From assembly GCA_965215665.1 (NCBI GenBank), contig OZ244110.1, positions 1,627,062 through 1,691,061 of the forward strand: a DNA stretch of 64,000 nt, read 5' to 3'. Below, one piece after another: positions 62,250 through 64,000 of this stretch. The DNA comes from an uncultured Methylophaga sp. (lineage in GTDB: Bacteria > Pseudomonadota > Gammaproteobacteria > Nitrosococcales > Methylophagaceae). The translations under genes and the position numbers were made by a program. Position 1 is the first letter of the stretch, and every line of letters begins with the position of its first letter. A model generated the notes under the pieces. It saw only the letters and a program-made list of their open reading frames with translations. It ran no database searches and was not told where the DNA came from.

Positions 62250-62458
62250 TTTCGCCTGAGGGCGAGTTCATTTTCTTTGCTTGCCCAAAGAAAACGAACC
62301 AAAAGAAAAGGCACCCCTTGTGTTGGCCTGCGGCTCCCCGAAAAAAATGGCCATCGCAGGGAAATCGAAAAAACTCGCTTCGCTCAAACATTCCGATTTC
62401 TAATCCTGCGATGGCCATTTTTTCCGGCAACACAAAAGGGATTCAAGGGAAGCCTCTG
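62250..62458 (-). repeat. Structured repeat motif, copy B (inverted, diverged)
   Basis: Minus strand CAGAGGCTTCCC...TGTGTTG...long hairpin...GCGAGTTTT...GGAGCCGCAGGCCAACACAAGGGGTGCC...TTTTCTTT-GGGCAAGC-AAAGAAAA...TCGCC-CTCA-GGCGAAA. Confidence 0.7.
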
Positions 62459-62582
62459 GGATCTGTGCCCTTTTCTAAATCCTTTCTTAACTTCTATCTA
62501 AAAATCTGCGCCCATCTGCGTAATCTGCGGATAAATTTTAAGAACCTCCGTGCCCTCTGTGCCTCTGTGGTTAATAATCCAA

Positions 62583-64000
62583 CTAATGCGCCTGTTCCCA
62601 ATTATCCCCAACTCCAATCCCAACTTCTAACGGCACTTCGAGATCAGCAGCTTGAATCATAAATTGCTCAATTTCGGTTTTAGCCAAATCAAGCTGATCT
62701 TCTGGCACTTCAAATACCAATTCATCATGCACCTGCATGATCATGCGAATACCGGTATCGGCTTCGAGCAGCCAGTCATGAATCGAAATCATTGCGCGTT
62801 TGATAATATCCGCAGCGCTGCCCTGCATTGGCGCGTTAATCGCGGTGCGTTCGGCATATTGGCGGCGCAGGCCGTTGCTGGAGTTGATTTCCGGCAAATA
62901 TAACCGTCGGCCGAAAATGGTTTCGACGTACCCGTCTTTCTTGGCCTGTTCGCGGGTATTGTCCATGTATTTTCTGACGCCGGGATAGCGTTCGAAATAG
63001 GTTTCCATATATTTGGCGGCCTGATGACGTTCGATGCCAAGTTGTTTGGAAAGTCCGTGGGCTGACATGCCGTAAATCAAACCGAAGTTGATGGCTTTGG
63101 CACTGCGTCGTTGATCGCCGGTGACATTTTCGGGTTCCACACCAAAGATTTCAGAAGCGGTATGGCGATGAATATCTTCACCTTCGGCGAATGCGGTCAG
63201 CAGGCTTTTATCGCCGGATAAATGCGCCATGATGCGTAATTCAATTTGTGAGTAATCGGCTGCCAGGATCTTGGCGCCTTTACCGGCAACAAACGCTTCA
63301 CGAATCTTGCGGCCGGTTTCAGTACGGATCGGGATATTCTGTAAATTCGGATCGGAAGATGATAACCGGCCGGTAGCAGTGACAGCCTGATGATAGGAGG
63401 TGTGCACACGGCCAGTCTGTTGATTGACCTGCTGTGGCAGTTTGTCGGTGTAGGTGGATTTGAGCTTACTTAAGCTGCGATATTGCATAATGATTTGTGG
63501 CAGCTCATAGCCATCATCCGCCAGTTCCTGCAACACATTTTCAGCGGTCGAGGGTTGGCCTTTGGGTGTTTTTTTACGTACCGGCAACTGTTGCTGGTCG
63601 TAAAGAATTTCCTGTAGCTGCTTTGGTGAACCCAAATTGAATTTGGTACCGGCAGAGGCATGGGCTTCTTTTTCTAGCCGATCAATATCCAACGCCAGTT
63701 GATCGCTCTGCTGCTGCAACATAAAGATATCAATATGCACGCCATTACGTTCCAGCGTGTTGAGCACCGGCAGCAACGGCATTTCCAGTTCACGATAAAC
63801 TATTTCCAATGATGGAATCGCCTGCACTTTTGGCCACAAAATATGGTGCAGCTGCAAGGTGATATCGGCATCTTCGCAGGCATAAGGTGAAGCTTCTTCC
63901 AGACCAATTTCATTGAAGGTCAGTTGTTTTTTGCCTTTACCGGCAATGTCTTCAAAATGAATGGTGCTGCGATTCAGATATTTTTCGGCCAGCGAATCCA
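62583..64000 (-). CDS. polA: DNA polymerase I, C-terminal part (5' part outside the window)
   Basis: [48 protein letters not shown]; frame stays open to the window edge (DSLAEKYL...[10 protein letters not shown]). Confidence 0.99.
   Translation of the reverse strand, partial: DSLAEKYLNRSTIHFEDIAGKGKKQLTFNEIGLEEASPYACEDADITLQLHHILWPKVQAIPSLEIVYRELEMPLLPVLNTLERNGVHIDIFMLQQQSDQLALDIDRLEKEAHASAGTKFNLGSPKQLQEILYDQQQLPVRKKTPKGQPSTAENVLQELADDGYELPQIIMQYRSLSKLKSTYTDKLPQQVNQQTGRVHTSYHQAVTATGRLSSSDPNLQNIPIRTETGRKIREAFVAGKGAKILAADYSQIELRIMAHLSGDKSLLTAFAEGEDIHRHTASEIFGVEPENVTGDQRRSAKAINFGLIYGMSAHGLSKQLGIERHQAAKYMETYFERYPGVRKYMDNTREQAKKDGYVETIFGRRLYLPEINSSNGLRRQYAERTAINAPMQGSAADIIKRAMISIHDWLLEADTGIRMIMQVHDELVFEVPEDQLDLAKTEIEQFMIQAADLEVPLEVGIGVGDNWEQAH

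Larger units (their letters stand above)
61756..62576. mobile_element. Non-coding nested palindromic element (MITE/REP-like) with 27-bp terminal inverted repeats
   Basis: TATTAACCACAGAGGCACAGAGGGCAC (61756-61782) is the exact reverse complement of 62550-62576; inner TTTATCCGCAGATT arms extend the repeat; no credible ORF; lies between the convergent xerC and polA stops. Confidence 0.7.

Noticed and set aside
61756-62576. CRISPR array
   Set aside because: Repeats are inverted and nested, not regularly spaced direct repeats with unique spacers; no cas genes.
61863-62662. Several 60-115 aa ORFs in the xerC-polA gap
   Set aside because: They overlap in multiple frames and strands, lack Shine-Dalgarno support and are translations of palindromic repeats.
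1035-63661. Numerous short antisense or out-of-frame ORFs in the track
   Set aside because: They lie within well-supported genes, show no recognisable motifs and are expected by chance.

Overview
Chromosomal window from a marine-type methylotrophic gammaproteobacterium (Methylophaga-like; inferred from gene content). Main blocks: (1) a guanidine uptake and carboxylase operon (ABC transporter, cgdA, cgdB, urea/guanidine carboxylase, atzF; 368-9939, minus strand) preceded by tandem NtrC-type sites, a sigma54 promoter and a guanidine-I riboswitch, with a second, guanidine-II (mini-ykkC) riboswitch inside the operon directly upstream of the carboxylase; (2) housekeeping genes (ssb, yajR, uvrA, gshB, glyQS, gmhB, plsC, fimX-like, htpX); (3) a C1-metabolism region: mtdA-mptG-mtdB-orfY-like, a SoxYZ-like carrier with an MBL hydrolase, lanthanide-dependent xoxF with xoxJ but no adjacent xoxG, two uncharacterised exported proteins, a DUF302 lipoprotein, and a sensor kinase paired with an NtrC-like regulator lacking the GAFTGA motif; (4) petABC-sspAB, an atypical pseudoazurin, an Atm1-like ABC exporter, aspS, nadA, mutT, pilBCD-coaE-zapD-yacG, lptM-lysA-dapF-yigA-xerC and partial polA; (5) an ~820 bp non-coding nested palindromic element between xerC and polA, with 27-bp terminal inverted repeats, a GTAG REP-like hairpin and two diverged copies of a structured motif showing compensatory base changes. 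No tRNA, rRNA, CRISPR array, transposase or prophage was recognised. All calls are from inspection only; no database searches were run.
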